64,000 nt of DNA. It comes from a virus. The stretch is taken from positions 1 through 64,000 of IMG/VR virus record IMGVR_UViG_3300045996_002876; one strand, given 5' to 3'. Under the pieces are notes generated by a model that ran no database searches, had not been told where the DNA came from, and worked only from the letters and a program-made list of their open reading frames with translations. Position numbers and translations under genes: made by a program. Every line of letters begins with the position of its first letter. Position 1 is the stretch's first letter. Below are positions 19,677-28,254 of the stretch, piece by piece.

Positions 19677-19679
19677 CCC

Positions 19680-20330
19680 ATGAGCGACCACCGCCGCCTG
19701 ATGAAGTACGTGGGCGAGCGGGACGGCCGCCCGGTGTACCTGGGGACCACCTGCCCGGGCGGGGACCGCCGGCTGATCCGGGACACCGGGCTGACGTACG
19801 CCGGCCGGCGGGTGTTCGTGTCGGCCGAGTGCGAGGCCGACGGCCCGGCCGCCCTCCTCAAGTACGTCGGGGAGCGGGACGGCCGCCCGGTCTACGTCGG
19901 GGCCTGCTGCCCGGGCGAGCTGGGGTGCTGCGGGGCGACCGGGCGGACCTCCCTGACGATGACGTTCCACCAGGGGGCCCTGGACGGGTTCTCCCTGGCC
20001 CTGGGCCAATTAGCCCCCGGGACCGAGCAGTGGGGCGGGTCGTTCAACCCCAGCTTCGTCGGGTCGAGCCCCCAGTTCCTGTGCCTCGGGGGGACGGCCG
20101 ACCCCGAGCCCCGGTTCCACATCACCGTGACGTGCGTCTCGGACCAGTACGTCGTCCAGCTGGCCACCAGCCCGGGGTACTGCCTGGGCTCCCCCGTTTT
20201 CCCGATCGAAAGCGAGACCGTGTCCTGTGCCCCCCTGCACATCCAGGGCGGGTTCGGGCTCACCTGTGCCGAGTGCTTCTACTCCTACACGGGCGGGGAC
20301 CCGCCCAACCTGACCTTCGACATCTTCTAA
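19680..20330 (+). CDS. Cys-rich putative tail or receptor-binding protein
   Basis: Duplicated KYVGERDGRPVY motif, many Cys. Confidence 0.55.
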   Translation: MSDHRRLMKYVGERDGRPVYLGTTCPGGDRRLIRDTGLTYAGRRVFVSAECEADGPAALLKYVGERDGRPVYVGACCPGELGCCGATGRTSLTMTFHQGALDGFSLALGQLAPGTEQWGGSFNPSFVGSSPQFLCLGGTADPEPRFHITVTCVSDQYVVQLATSPGYCLGSPVFPIESETVSCAPLHIQGGFGLTCAECFYSYTGGDPPNLTFDIF

Positions 20331-20332
20331 CC

Positions 20333-21418
20333 GTGGCCCGCCCCTGCCAGCTCAAGCACCCGGCCCCCGCCCCCGGGTGCGCGATCTGCGACGCCTACCT
20401 GGCCCGGCCGGACCTCCGGGCCCTGTGGGACGGCGACCGGGCCCGCGTGTGGGGGGCCGGGGGGGACACCCTGCGGGGGTCCCGGTTCCGCCTGGACTGC
20501 GTCCACAAGGGGCCGGTCGCCCGGACCCTGGCCGGCGGGTGTGGGGCCTGCCGGGTGTACGGGTGCGCCGTCAAGGGCGAGTGCCTGACCGTCCCCCACC
20601 GGCTCGGCCCCGGCCTCCCGGACTGCCAGGCGTGCGACCGGTACCGGCCCCGCCCGCCCGCCCCCGAGGCCCCCGGCCTCCTGGTGACCGGCGGGATCGG
20701 CGACCTGTTCGCCGTCGAGGCCCGGATCCCGCCGGCCGGCCGGGCCGCCCTCGAGCAGGCCCACTACGCGGCCCCGGCGGCGGCCGAACTCCGGGAACTC
20801 ATGGCCGCCCTCCCGAACTACCCCCGGCTCCGCCTCCACCGCGTCCTCCCGACCGGGCGGCGGACCCACTACTCCCGGCGGACCGTCGAGCGGCGGCACG
20901 GCAAGCTCCCGCCGGGGGTCGAGGACTACTCGATCGGGGCCCGGTTCCCCATGAACCTGCCGCTCGTCGGGTCGAGCTTCCTGGCCCACCGGGTGGCCGC
21001 CCCCGAGCTCCCCCCGGTCCCGTACGTGGTCCTCGTCCCCCACTCGACCTGGGGGCAGTGGGCCGACCGTAACTTCAACCCGGCCGACTGGGCCGCCTGC
21101 CTGGCCTTCCTGGACGCCCGCGGCCTGTACGGGGTGGTCCTGTGCCGGGAGCGGCTCCCCCTCCCGGCCCACCCCCGCCTGCTCGACTGGCAGGGGCGGA
21201 CGTCGATCCTCGAGTCGGTCGAGGTCCTCAAGGGGGCCGAGGGGTACCTGGGGATCGACTCCTGCCTGTCGGTCCTGGCCGCCGGGCGGTTCCCGGCGAC
21301 CCGGCTGGCCGTCAAGGGGCACGGGGCCTGGCTGTTGGCCAACCTGCCCAACTACTACGCCCCGCACACGGCCTTCCCGTTCGTCACCCGCCACCTGACC
21401 CCGCCGGCCTGGGAATGA
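20333..21418 (+). CDS. Glycosyltransferase (GT9/heptosyltransferase-like) with Cys-rich N-terminus
   Basis: GGIGDL, YVVLVP, DWQGRTSI and YLGIDSCLSVLA motifs. Confidence 0.75.
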   Translation: MARPCQLKHPAPAPGCAICDAYLARPDLRALWDGDRARVWGAGGDTLRGSRFRLDCVHKGPVARTLAGGCGACRVYGCAVKGECLTVPHRLGPGLPDCQACDRYRPRPPAPEAPGLLVTGGIGDLFAVEARIPPAGRAALEQAHYAAPAAAELRELMAALPNYPRLRLHRVLPTGRRTHYSRRTVERRHGKLPPGVEDYSIGARFPMNLPLVGSSFLAHRVAAPELPPVPYVVLVPHSTWGQWADRNFNPADWAACLAFLDARGLYGVVLCRERLPLPAHPRLLDWQGRTSILESVEVLKGAEGYLGIDSCLSVLAAGRFPATRLAVKGHGAWLLANLPNYYAPHTAFPFVTRHLTPPAWE

Positions 21419-22050
21419 GTTACGCCCCGGCCTACGCCGACTACTGCTGGGACCCGGCCGGCCGGGGGTTCCGCCAGCGGGACCTGGCCGTCACCGCCGC
21501 CTACGACCGGGACTACCTGGACTACTACCGGCCCATCGACGACAAGGTCCGGGCCCTGGCCGCCGCCCGCGCCATGCTCCTGTCGGCGTGCGTGCCCGCG
21601 CGGGGGCGGCTCCTGGACTTCGGGTGTGGGACCAACCGGGTGGCCGAGGCCGCCCGCGGCCTCGGGTGGGACGCCTGGGGGTACGACCTGGCCCCCGGCG
21701 GCGGCCCCCGCGTCGCGGACCCGTTCGCCGGGCCGTGGGACGCGGTCACCCTCTTCGACGTCCTCGAACACCTGCCCGGGCCGGACGCCGTGGTCCGCCG
21801 GCTGGACGCCGCGTACGTCCTGGTGTCGGTCCCGTGGTGCCACCGCCCCCACGACCCGGTTTGGTTCATGGGCTGGAAGCACCGCAAGCCGGGGGAGCAC
21901 CTGTGGCACTGGGGGCGGCACTCCCTCGACCTGTTCTTCCACACCCTCGGGTACCGCCCGGTCCTGCACGGGGCCCCCGAGGACGCCTGGCGGCCCAACC
22001 CGGACCAGCCCGAGCCCAACATCCTGACCGCGGCGTACGCCCGGCGGTAG
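21415..22050 (+). CDS. Class I SAM-dependent methyltransferase
   Basis: LLDFGCG, GYD and VTLFDVLEHL motifs. Confidence 0.85.
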   Translation: MSYAPAYADYCWDPAGRGFRQRDLAVTAAYDRDYLDYYRPIDDKVRALAAARAMLLSACVPARGRLLDFGCGTNRVAEAARGLGWDAWGYDLAPGGGPRVADPFAGPWDAVTLFDVLEHLPGPDAVVRRLDAAYVLVSVPWCHRPHDPVWFMGWKHRKPGEHLWHWGRHSLDLFFHTLGYRPVLHGAPEDAWRPNPDQPEPNILTAAYARR

Positions 22051-22058
22051 GCCCGGCC

Positions 22059-22547
22059 TCAGGGGGAGCCCCACACGCTCCCGGCCCGGTCCCCGGCCGC
22101 CGTGCGGACCCCGACCGATTGCTTCGCCCCGACCAGTTTGGCCGGCCCCCAGGTGATCGTCCCGGCCGGCGACGGGGGCAGGGCCGGGAGCGGGGTCACG
22201 GTCCCGGCCGGCTGGTGGCCGGGGAAGTGGGTGATCGGCGCGGCGTACCCGGTCAGGACCGGCCCGCCCCCGAGCCCGTAGTAGGTCGTGCTCACCAGCC
22301 GGCGGACCTCGGGGCGGCTCACCCCGCCCTGGGTGACGACCACCTCGACCTCGTAGGTCCGCTCCCAGGCCGCCGTGTACACCAGCCCGCCGGCCCCGCC
22401 CGCGTACTCGGCCGCGGTCCACCCGAGGGCCAGCATCACGGACTGGGGCGGGACGACGCCCCGCCCGGTGGCCGGGTCGAAGAAGGTCTGCCCGGCGGCC
22501 GGGCCGGCGGCCAGGCAGAGGATCGTGAGCGTCAGGGAGCGGGCCAT
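22059..22547 (-). CDS. Secreted hypothetical protein (moron)
   Basis: Signal peptide MARSLTLTILCLAAGPAAG; reverse orientation with its own promoter. Confidence 0.6.
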   Translation of the reverse strand: MARSLTLTILCLAAGPAAGQTFFDPATGRGVVPPQSVMLALGWTAAEYAGGAGGLVYTAAWERTYEVEVVVTQGGVSRPEVRRLVSTTYYGLGGGPVLTGYAAPITHFPGHQPAGTVTPLPALPPSPAGTITWGPAKLVGAKQSVGVRTAAGDRAGSVWGSP

Positions 22548-22580
22548 CGGGGCCTCCGGGGTGGGGTGAAGTCCGGCCCC

Positions 22581-22600
22581 ATCCTACCACCACTTTGGCC
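22581..22600 (-). promoter_or_regulatory. Moron promoter (extended -10)
   Basis: Minus strand CAAAGTG-GTGG-TAGGAT. Confidence 0.55.
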
Positions 22601-22676
22601 CCCGCGGTAGGGGCCCGGGCGGGTTTCCCGGCGGGCGTCTGAACTTCTAGGGCACGGCCCGAGAGGACGGTGGCGG

Positions 22677-22925
22677 ATGGACTGGCTCCCCCTGGCCGTG
22701 GCCGGCCTGGCCCTCCTGGTGGCCGCCGGCGGGTCCCTCCTGGCGGCCGGCGTGGCCGTGTTCGTGTGGGCCGGCGGCCGGCCCCGCCCCCCGGCCCCGA
22801 GCCAGGTGACCGTCATTGTCACCCCGGAGACCGGGTGGGAGTTCCTGGCCGCCCCGGCGGCCGGGGAGGACGACGGGGAGGACGACGACGGCCCCCCGTG
22901 GACGAACCGCTTCTCGGACAACTGA
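22677..22925 (+). CDS. Small membrane protein
   Basis: Long N-terminal hydrophobic segment, acidic tail. Confidence 0.6.
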   Translation: MDWLPLAVAGLALLVAAGGSLLAAGVAVFVWAGGRPRPPAPSQVTVIVTPETGWEFLAAPAAGEDDGEDDDGPPWTNRFSDN

Positions 22926-22959
22926 CCGGCCCGCATTCCCCCGTACCCGCCAGGCCCGC

Positions 22960-23382
22960 ATGAACCTCGGCCCCGACGCCCAGCTGACCCTCACCCTGGG
23001 CACCCTCGTCGCCGTGGCCGGGTTCGTCTGGCGGTTCAGCTCCCGGTTCGCCGCCCTGGAGCTCAAGGCCAACACCGTCTGGGACTACCTGATGCGCCGG
23101 GGGGAGGCCGAGGGCCTGCGGGTCGGGGCCCTGACCAAGAACTCCCCGGTCTCCCTGACGGACGGGGCCCGCGAGCGGCTCGCCCCCCTGGAGGCCGACC
23201 TCAAGGCCTGGTACCGGCGGGCCGGGCGGAAGCTGGTCGACCGGGACCTGTCGGCCGCCCTCGAGAAGGAGTTCGGCCAGCGGATCGCCGACTGGGTGGC
23301 CGTCCCCCACGGGCTCCACCAGGGGACGTGCCTGCTGGCCGCCGTCCTCCTGTGCCGGGAAGTCGACTCGGAAACCCCCTAG
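22960..23382 (+). CDS. Holin-like or membrane protein
   Basis: Single N-terminal TM, directly upstream of the peptidase in the lysis position. Confidence 0.5.
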   Translation: MNLGPDAQLTLTLGTLVAVAGFVWRFSSRFAALELKANTVWDYLMRRGEAEGLRVGALTKNSPVSLTDGARERLAPLEADLKAWYRRAGRKLVDRDLSAALEKEFGQRIADWVAVPHGLHQGTCLLAAVLLCREVDSETP

Positions 23383-23398
23383 CCCCCTCGCCCCGCCC

Positions 23399-24487
23399 AT
23401 GCCCTACGCCCTCGGCCGCAAGGCCCCCGACCCGCACAAGCTCGTCAAGGCCATCCGCCTGAAGGACGTCCTGACCGGGTACGTCCCGGTCCACCCGCCG
23501 ACGGCCGACTACATCAAGGGCCTCCGGTTCGGCCTGTACGCCAACGACAAGTTCGGGGTGTGCGGCCCCTGCTCGGTGGCCAACGCCCGGATCCTGGTCA
23601 CCTCCCGGCTGACCCCGGACGCGGTCCACACCCCCGGCCTCCAGGACGTCTACGCCCTGTACCGCCAGTCCGGGAACCCCCGGTTCGACCCGAAGACCGG
23701 GGCGGACGACGACGGGGTGGTCATGCAGGTGATGCTGGAGGCCCTCCTGAAGAACGGGATCGGCGGGGTCAGGCCCCTCGGGTTCGCCCGCCTCGACCCG
23801 GACGACCTGGACGAGCTGGACGCGGCCATCGCCCTGTTCGGCCAGGTCCTCTACGGGGTCGACCTCCAGGCCCACAACGAGGCCGAGACCGACCGCGGGA
23901 CCTGGACCTACCAGCCCGGGGCCGGGCCGTGGGGCGGGCACGCCGTCCTGGCCGGGGCCTACCCGGCCGACGACGGGAACGACGTGGTCACCTGGGCCAA
24001 GCGGGTCCGGTGCACCGACCGGTTCCTCAAGGAGCGGCTGGGCGAGGCCTGGGTGGTCATCTGGCCCGAGCACCTCCGGGACGACGCCTTCCTCCGGGGG
24101 GTCGACCTGCCCGAGTTCGCCCGCGCCTACGAACAGCTGACCGGCCGGAAGTTCCCGGCCCCCGTCGTCCCGCCCGTCGTCCCGCCCGTCGCCCCGCCGG
24201 TGACGCCCCCCGTAACCCCTCCCCCGGAAGTGAAGCCCATGGTCCTCAACGGTCACGTCCAGACCCCGATCGGCAAGTGGCCGGTCGCCCTGTCCGACAA
24301 GGTCGCCGCCGACGCCGTCGTCCGGCTCGAGCTCCCGCCGGCCCTCCAGGGCCTGCTGGAGAAGTACGGGAGGGTCGTCCTGGCCGTCCTCAAGAAGAAC
24401 CTCCTGGCCCTCCTGACCGGGAAGAAGGACTGGAAGGACGTCCTGTGGGAGGCCCTCGAGGCCGTCCTGGCCGAGGACCTCGTCTAA
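23399..24487 (+). CDS. Papain-fold (C1-like) cysteine peptidase, candidate lysin
   Basis: ND..GVCGPC (Cys), GGHAV (His), VVTWA; Pro-rich linker to a C-terminal domain. Confidence 0.7.
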   Translation: MPYALGRKAPDPHKLVKAIRLKDVLTGYVPVHPPTADYIKGLRFGLYANDKFGVCGPCSVANARILVTSRLTPDAVHTPGLQDVYALYRQSGNPRFDPKTGADDDGVVMQVMLEALLKNGIGGVRPLGFARLDPDDLDELDAAIALFGQVLYGVDLQAHNEAETDRGTWTYQPGAGPWGGHAVLAGAYPADDGNDVVTWAKRVRCTDRFLKERLGEAWVVIWPEHLRDDAFLRGVDLPEFARAYEQLTGRKFPAPVVPPVVPPVAPPVTPPVTPPPEVKPMVLNGHVQTPIGKWPVALSDKVAADAVVRLELPPALQGLLEKYGRVVLAVLKKNLLALLTGKKDWKDVLWEALEAVLAEDLV

Positions 24488-24504
24488 CCCCGCCCGAGGC
24501 CCGC

Positions 24505-26313
24505 GTGCGATTCCTCCCCGCCCTGACGGCCCTCCTGCTCGCCGCCGGCCACGCCTGGGCGTGGCCGGCGGCGGCCCCCGCCCCCGCCAAGGGGGGCAAG
24601 GCCCCGAAGGTCCGCCTGTTCGTCCCCGAGCCGACCCACCCGGACGCCGACCTGGGGCTCGTCCTGGCGTACCTGGAGGCGGCCTCGCCGGAGGTCCGGC
24701 CGTACCTCGTCTTCTTCGCCTTCCCCGAGGTCCCCGGCGAGGTCCTCGGCCGGGTGGTCACCACCTGGCGGTACGCCGTCAACAAGGTGTCCACCAGCCC
24801 GGGGGTCGTCCGCGGGGCGGAGGTGCCCGGGTCCGGGGGGCGGCTCTGGGCCGTCGACTACCGGGAGCCCCGGTGGAACCTGCCGGCCGTCCTGGCCGTG
24901 GCCGCCCGCGACCGGCGGTACCGGGAGCCCCACGTGTCCCCGGCCCTGGCCCGGCGGCTCCGGGAGCTGACCGGGGGCAAGCAGGACCCCAAGACCTTCC
25001 ACCTGGGGGTCGTCCTCCCGGGGGCCTGGTTCGCCCGCGAGGTCCTCGAGACCGACCGGAGCCCGGCCTACTACGACCTGCTGTACGCCGGCGAGCGGTT
25101 CGGCGGGGCGGCCCCGGGGTGGGCCCCGTACGACACGACCGTGACCGCCGACCGGACCCCGGTCGGGGACCTGTCCGGGGCCTTCAAGGCGGCCCTCACG
25201 AGGGGACAGGCCGTCCGGGTCACCCACCAGACGGACAACCCCAAACTCGTGTACGTGGCGGCCGGCGGGCTCGAGGGGTACTGCCGGGCGGCCGACCTGG
25301 CCCCGGCCCCGGCCGGGCCGGCGGCCGCCCGCGACTTCCCGGCCACGGACAGGGACTTCGACAAGAAGTGGGGGGCGGCCGCCGCCCGCGACTTCCTCAA
25401 GGCCGAGAAGCTCCGGGTGGCCGTCGGGGCGGTGGTGGCCGGGGCCAAGAGCGACCCGGTCCGCGGGTCGTACGTGGCCTACCAGGACCGGGTCCTGTAC
25501 CTGCTCCAGACGCCGCTGGGCGTCTACATGCGGACGTTCGACAGCCTGAAGACCGCGGGCAAGAGGAACTACGCCGACAAGGACCAGGTCCGCCGGGTCC
25601 TCCTCGAGGACCTGGAGTTCGACGCCGGGGAGTTCCTGGCCAGCATGCCCAACGGCCTCCAGGCCGCCCTCCTGACCGACGGGAACGGGAAGCGGGTCGA
25701 GTTCGCCGACTCCCGCGTGGCCCGGAACACCCGCGACCCGGTGGACGTGACGGTCAAGACGAGTATCGCCTGCGACGTCTGCCACGCCCCCCAGTACGGG
25801 GTCCTGGCCCCGACCAACAACAAGGTCCTGGAGGCCATCGGCCGGGGGGTCCGCCTGCTCGACAAGGACCCCGAGGTCCGGGCCGAGCTCGAGGGGTTCT
25901 TCAAGGGGCTGGACGCCAGCCTGCCGGTCTGGCGGGTCCGGTACCAGGTGGCCCTGGTCGGGGTGACCGCCTCCCCGGCCGACCCCAAGGGGTGGACCGG
26001 CCAGCGGCTGGCGGCCGAGCTCCTGGCCTTCCGGGACGGGTACGACGCCCCGGTCGGCCCGGACCAGGCGGCCGCCGAGCTCGGGTACCCCAAGCTCGCC
26101 GTGATCCTGGCGGCCCTGGTCGACGGGTCGGTCGACGCCGGGAACCTGGTGGCCGGCGGGCACGTCCCCCGGACCGTCTGGGACGAGGACCTCCTGCCCC
26201 GGCTGGCCCTCGTCCTGTCGGCCGCCCGCCGGGGCGAGAGCGGGGACGACTGGCTGGACTGCTGGGTCCCGGAAATGACTCTGACCACGCCCCCCGAGGG
26301 ACGCCGCCCATGA
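24505..26313 (+). CDS. Secreted CxxCH (c-type haem) protein with an SH3b-like insert
   Basis: Signal peptide MRFLPALTALLLAAGHAWA; GEFLASMPNGLQAALLTDGNGKR; CDVCH. Confidence 0.7.
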   Translation: MRFLPALTALLLAAGHAWAWPAAAPAPAKGGKAPKVRLFVPEPTHPDADLGLVLAYLEAASPEVRPYLVFFAFPEVPGEVLGRVVTTWRYAVNKVSTSPGVVRGAEVPGSGGRLWAVDYREPRWNLPAVLAVAARDRRYREPHVSPALARRLRELTGGKQDPKTFHLGVVLPGAWFAREVLETDRSPAYYDLLYAGERFGGAAPGWAPYDTTVTADRTPVGDLSGAFKAALTRGQAVRVTHQTDNPKLVYVAAGGLEGYCRAADLAPAPAGPAAARDFPATDRDFDKKWGAAAARDFLKAEKLRVAVGAVVAGAKSDPVRGSYVAYQDRVLYLLQTPLGVYMRTFDSLKTAGKRNYADKDQVRRVLLEDLEFDAGEFLASMPNGLQAALLTDGNGKRVEFADSRVARNTRDPVDVTVKTSIACDVCHAPQYGVLAPTNNKVLEAIGRGVRLLDKDPEVRAELEGFFKGLDASLPVWRVRYQVALVGVTASPADPKGWTGQRLAAELLAFRDGYDAPVGPDQAAAELGYPKLAVILAALVDGSVDAGNLVAGGHVPRTVWDEDLLPRLALVLSAARRGESGDDWLDCWVPEMTLTTPPEGRRP

Positions 26314-26969
26314 AGACCCTGTTCACGTATTTCGTCCCGGCCGGCCTCGCCGGCCTCCTGGTCGCCGTCCCGGCGCCCGCCGACGGGTGTCGGGCGGTCC
26401 AGGGCCGCGGCTTCTACCCCGCCCCGGTGGTGACCGCCGCCCACGGGCACGGGTACGCCCACCCGTACGCCGTCCCGGTGGCGGTCATCCCGAGCACGTT
26501 CTACAGCGTGGCCCCCGAGATCGCCCTGGCGGCCGTCGTCCAGGCGGCGGCCGACCAGGCGGCCCGGAAGGCCAAGGGGGACCCGGCGGAGGTGGAGGCG
26601 GCCGTCGAGCGGGCCCTCCTCCGGGTCCTCCAGGCCCAGGGGCCGGGGCCGAAGCCCCCGGCCGTCCCGCCGGCGAAGAACGACGACCCCGGCCTGGGGC
26701 CGCCGCTGGCGGCCGGGCCGGCCAAGGACGCGGCCGCGGCCGTCCAGAAGGTGGTCAACGCCTCGTGCCTGAAGTGCCACGGGAAGGCCGACGACCTCGA
26801 CCTGACCGACGTGACCCGGCTCGACGAGAAGGGCACCGCCCGCATGCTCAAGCGGGTGATGACGACCGGCAAGGGCCGGATGCCCCCGAACGGGGCGAGT
26901 GTCGAGGGGGACGCCCTCGAGGCGTTCCACGCCCTGGCCCTCGAGGCCGAGAAGACCTCCGCCAAGTAA
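26310..26969 (+). CDS. Secreted planctomycete-type cytochrome c domain protein
   Basis: Signal peptide; CLKCHG...LDL...RMPP (haem site and distal Met). Confidence 0.75.
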   Translation: MKTLFTYFVPAGLAGLLVAVPAPADGCRAVQGRGFYPAPVVTAAHGHGYAHPYAVPVAVIPSTFYSVAPEIALAAVVQAAADQAARKAKGDPAEVEAAVERALLRVLQAQGPGPKPPAVPPAKNDDPGLGPPLAAGPAKDAAAAVQKVVNASCLKCHGKADDLDLTDVTRLDEKGTARMLKRVMTTGKGRMPPNGASVEGDALEAFHALALEAEKTSAK

Positions 26970-26994
26970 CCAACTCCTTGAAAGGGAGACGCCC

Positions 26995-27456
26995 ATGAAG
27001 ATCGTGACGAGTGTGTGTGCGGTGCTGGCCCTGGCCGGGGTGTCCCTGGCCGACTGCCACGCCGTCAGCGGCCGGTTCAACGCCGGGTACGGCGGGGCCG
27101 TGGCCCTGTCCGGCGGGTTCTACGCCCCGCCGGTGGTGACCGTCAGCCCGGTCGTCAACGTCCAGGCCGGCCCCTGCGACTACGCCGGGGACGCCGGCCT
27201 CGGCCCGGTCCTGGCGGTCGGGGCCGGCGGGTACGGGTACGGCGGCGGGTACGGCCGGTTCGTAAACGCCGGGTTCGGCGGCCACGTCGGGAGCCGGTTC
27301 GCCCGCGGGAACCGCGTCCAGGTGGTCGAGCGGGTCCGGGTGGTCAACGTCCGGAACGTGCGGAACGTCCGCGGGGACGGGACCGGCGTCGTGGGCCTGG
27401 CCCGCGGCGTGGTCGGGACCGTCCGGAACGTCGGCCGGGCCCTGATCGGCCGGTAG
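26995..27456 (+). CDS. Secreted Gly/Val/Arg-rich protein
   Basis: Signal peptide MKIVTSVCAVLALAGVSLA, low-complexity body. Confidence 0.7.
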   Translation: MKIVTSVCAVLALAGVSLADCHAVSGRFNAGYGGAVALSGGFYAPPVVTVSPVVNVQAGPCDYAGDAGLGPVLAVGAGGYGYGGGYGRFVNAGFGGHVGSRFARGNRVQVVERVRVVNVRNVRNVRGDGTGVVGLARGVVGTVRNVGRALIGR

Positions 27457-27477
27457 GGCCGGGCCGGAAAGTGAAAT

Positions 27478-27513
27478 AAAAAAGCCAGGCCCTTTCGGGG
27501 CCTGGCTTTTTTT
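27478..27513. terminator. Bidirectional intrinsic terminator
   Basis: AAAAAAGCCAGGCCC-TTTCG-GGGCCTGGCTTTTTTT between convergent arms. Confidence 0.9.
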
Positions 27514-27539
27514 GTCGGCCCTGGGGGCGGCCCGTGCGG

Positions 27540-27878
27540 CTACTCCTCGATGACGGTTTCCATATCGGACAACGGGACCTGCTCGACCTGCTCGCGGTAC
27601 ACCTTCACCCCGGTGGCCCGCCCCCGCGACAGGCTGACGGCCAGCCCGCGGGCGATGTGGGTTTCGGCGGCCTTGAGGGCGGCGGCCGGCAGGAGCCCGC
27701 CGCCGCGGTCGATCCAGGTGATGACGAACTCGCGGCCCATGGCCCGGAGGATGGCGGCGGCGTCGGCCACCTCCTCACACCGGCGGGCGTACTTGACGAC
27801 GGTGACGAAGGCCCCGGCGGGGGGCGGGTCGGCCTCGAGCCGACACGGGGAGAAGACGACCACGGGCTGGAAGGGCAT
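27540..27878 (-). CDS. Hypothetical protein
   Basis: 112 aa from ATG 27878; start uncertain. Confidence 0.55.
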   Translation of the reverse strand: MPFQPVVVFSPCRLEADPPPAGAFVTVVKYARRCEEVADAAAILRAMGREFVITWIDRGGGLLPAAALKAAETHIARGLAVSLSRGRATGVKVYREQVEQVPLSDMETVIEE

Positions 27879-27999
27879 GCGGAGTCTCACGGAGAGGGAA
27901 CCGAAAGTGGGGGCGACGTCGCGCAGGCGGCGGCTGGTAGGGTATCGCGGGGCGGGCCGGGGCGAAAGCCGGGTTGGTGAAAATCCGTTCACTTGGTTG

Positions 28000-28254
28000 G
28001 CCCGACTACGAGGAGGGGGCTGTCCGGGAACTGGTCAAGATGTCAATTTCCAGGACGGCCCTGTCGCGGTATGAGTAAAATACCGAACAACCATTCGGGG
28101 AGGGAAGCAAGTTGGCTCGAATGCACACGGCCATTTATGACGGGGGAGTAAGTTTTCCTGCCGGCGTACAACTCACACGCGAATTGGTGACACTTTGATC
28201 CGGTAAACGGAACCGGGATTGCTTGTTTCTAGCGGCCCATTCCAACCCTTCCCG
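28000..28254. other. Candidate attP region
   Basis: AT-richer non-coding stretch directly downstream of the integrase. Confidence 0.4.

Noticed and set aside
2617-26163. Very long antisense and alternate-frame ORFs (e.g. 2617-5259, 14956-17928, 24484-26163)
   Set aside because: Shadow ORFs expected at high GC; they overlap well-supported genes and have low-complexity Arg/Pro/Gly or Val/Leu/Gly translations
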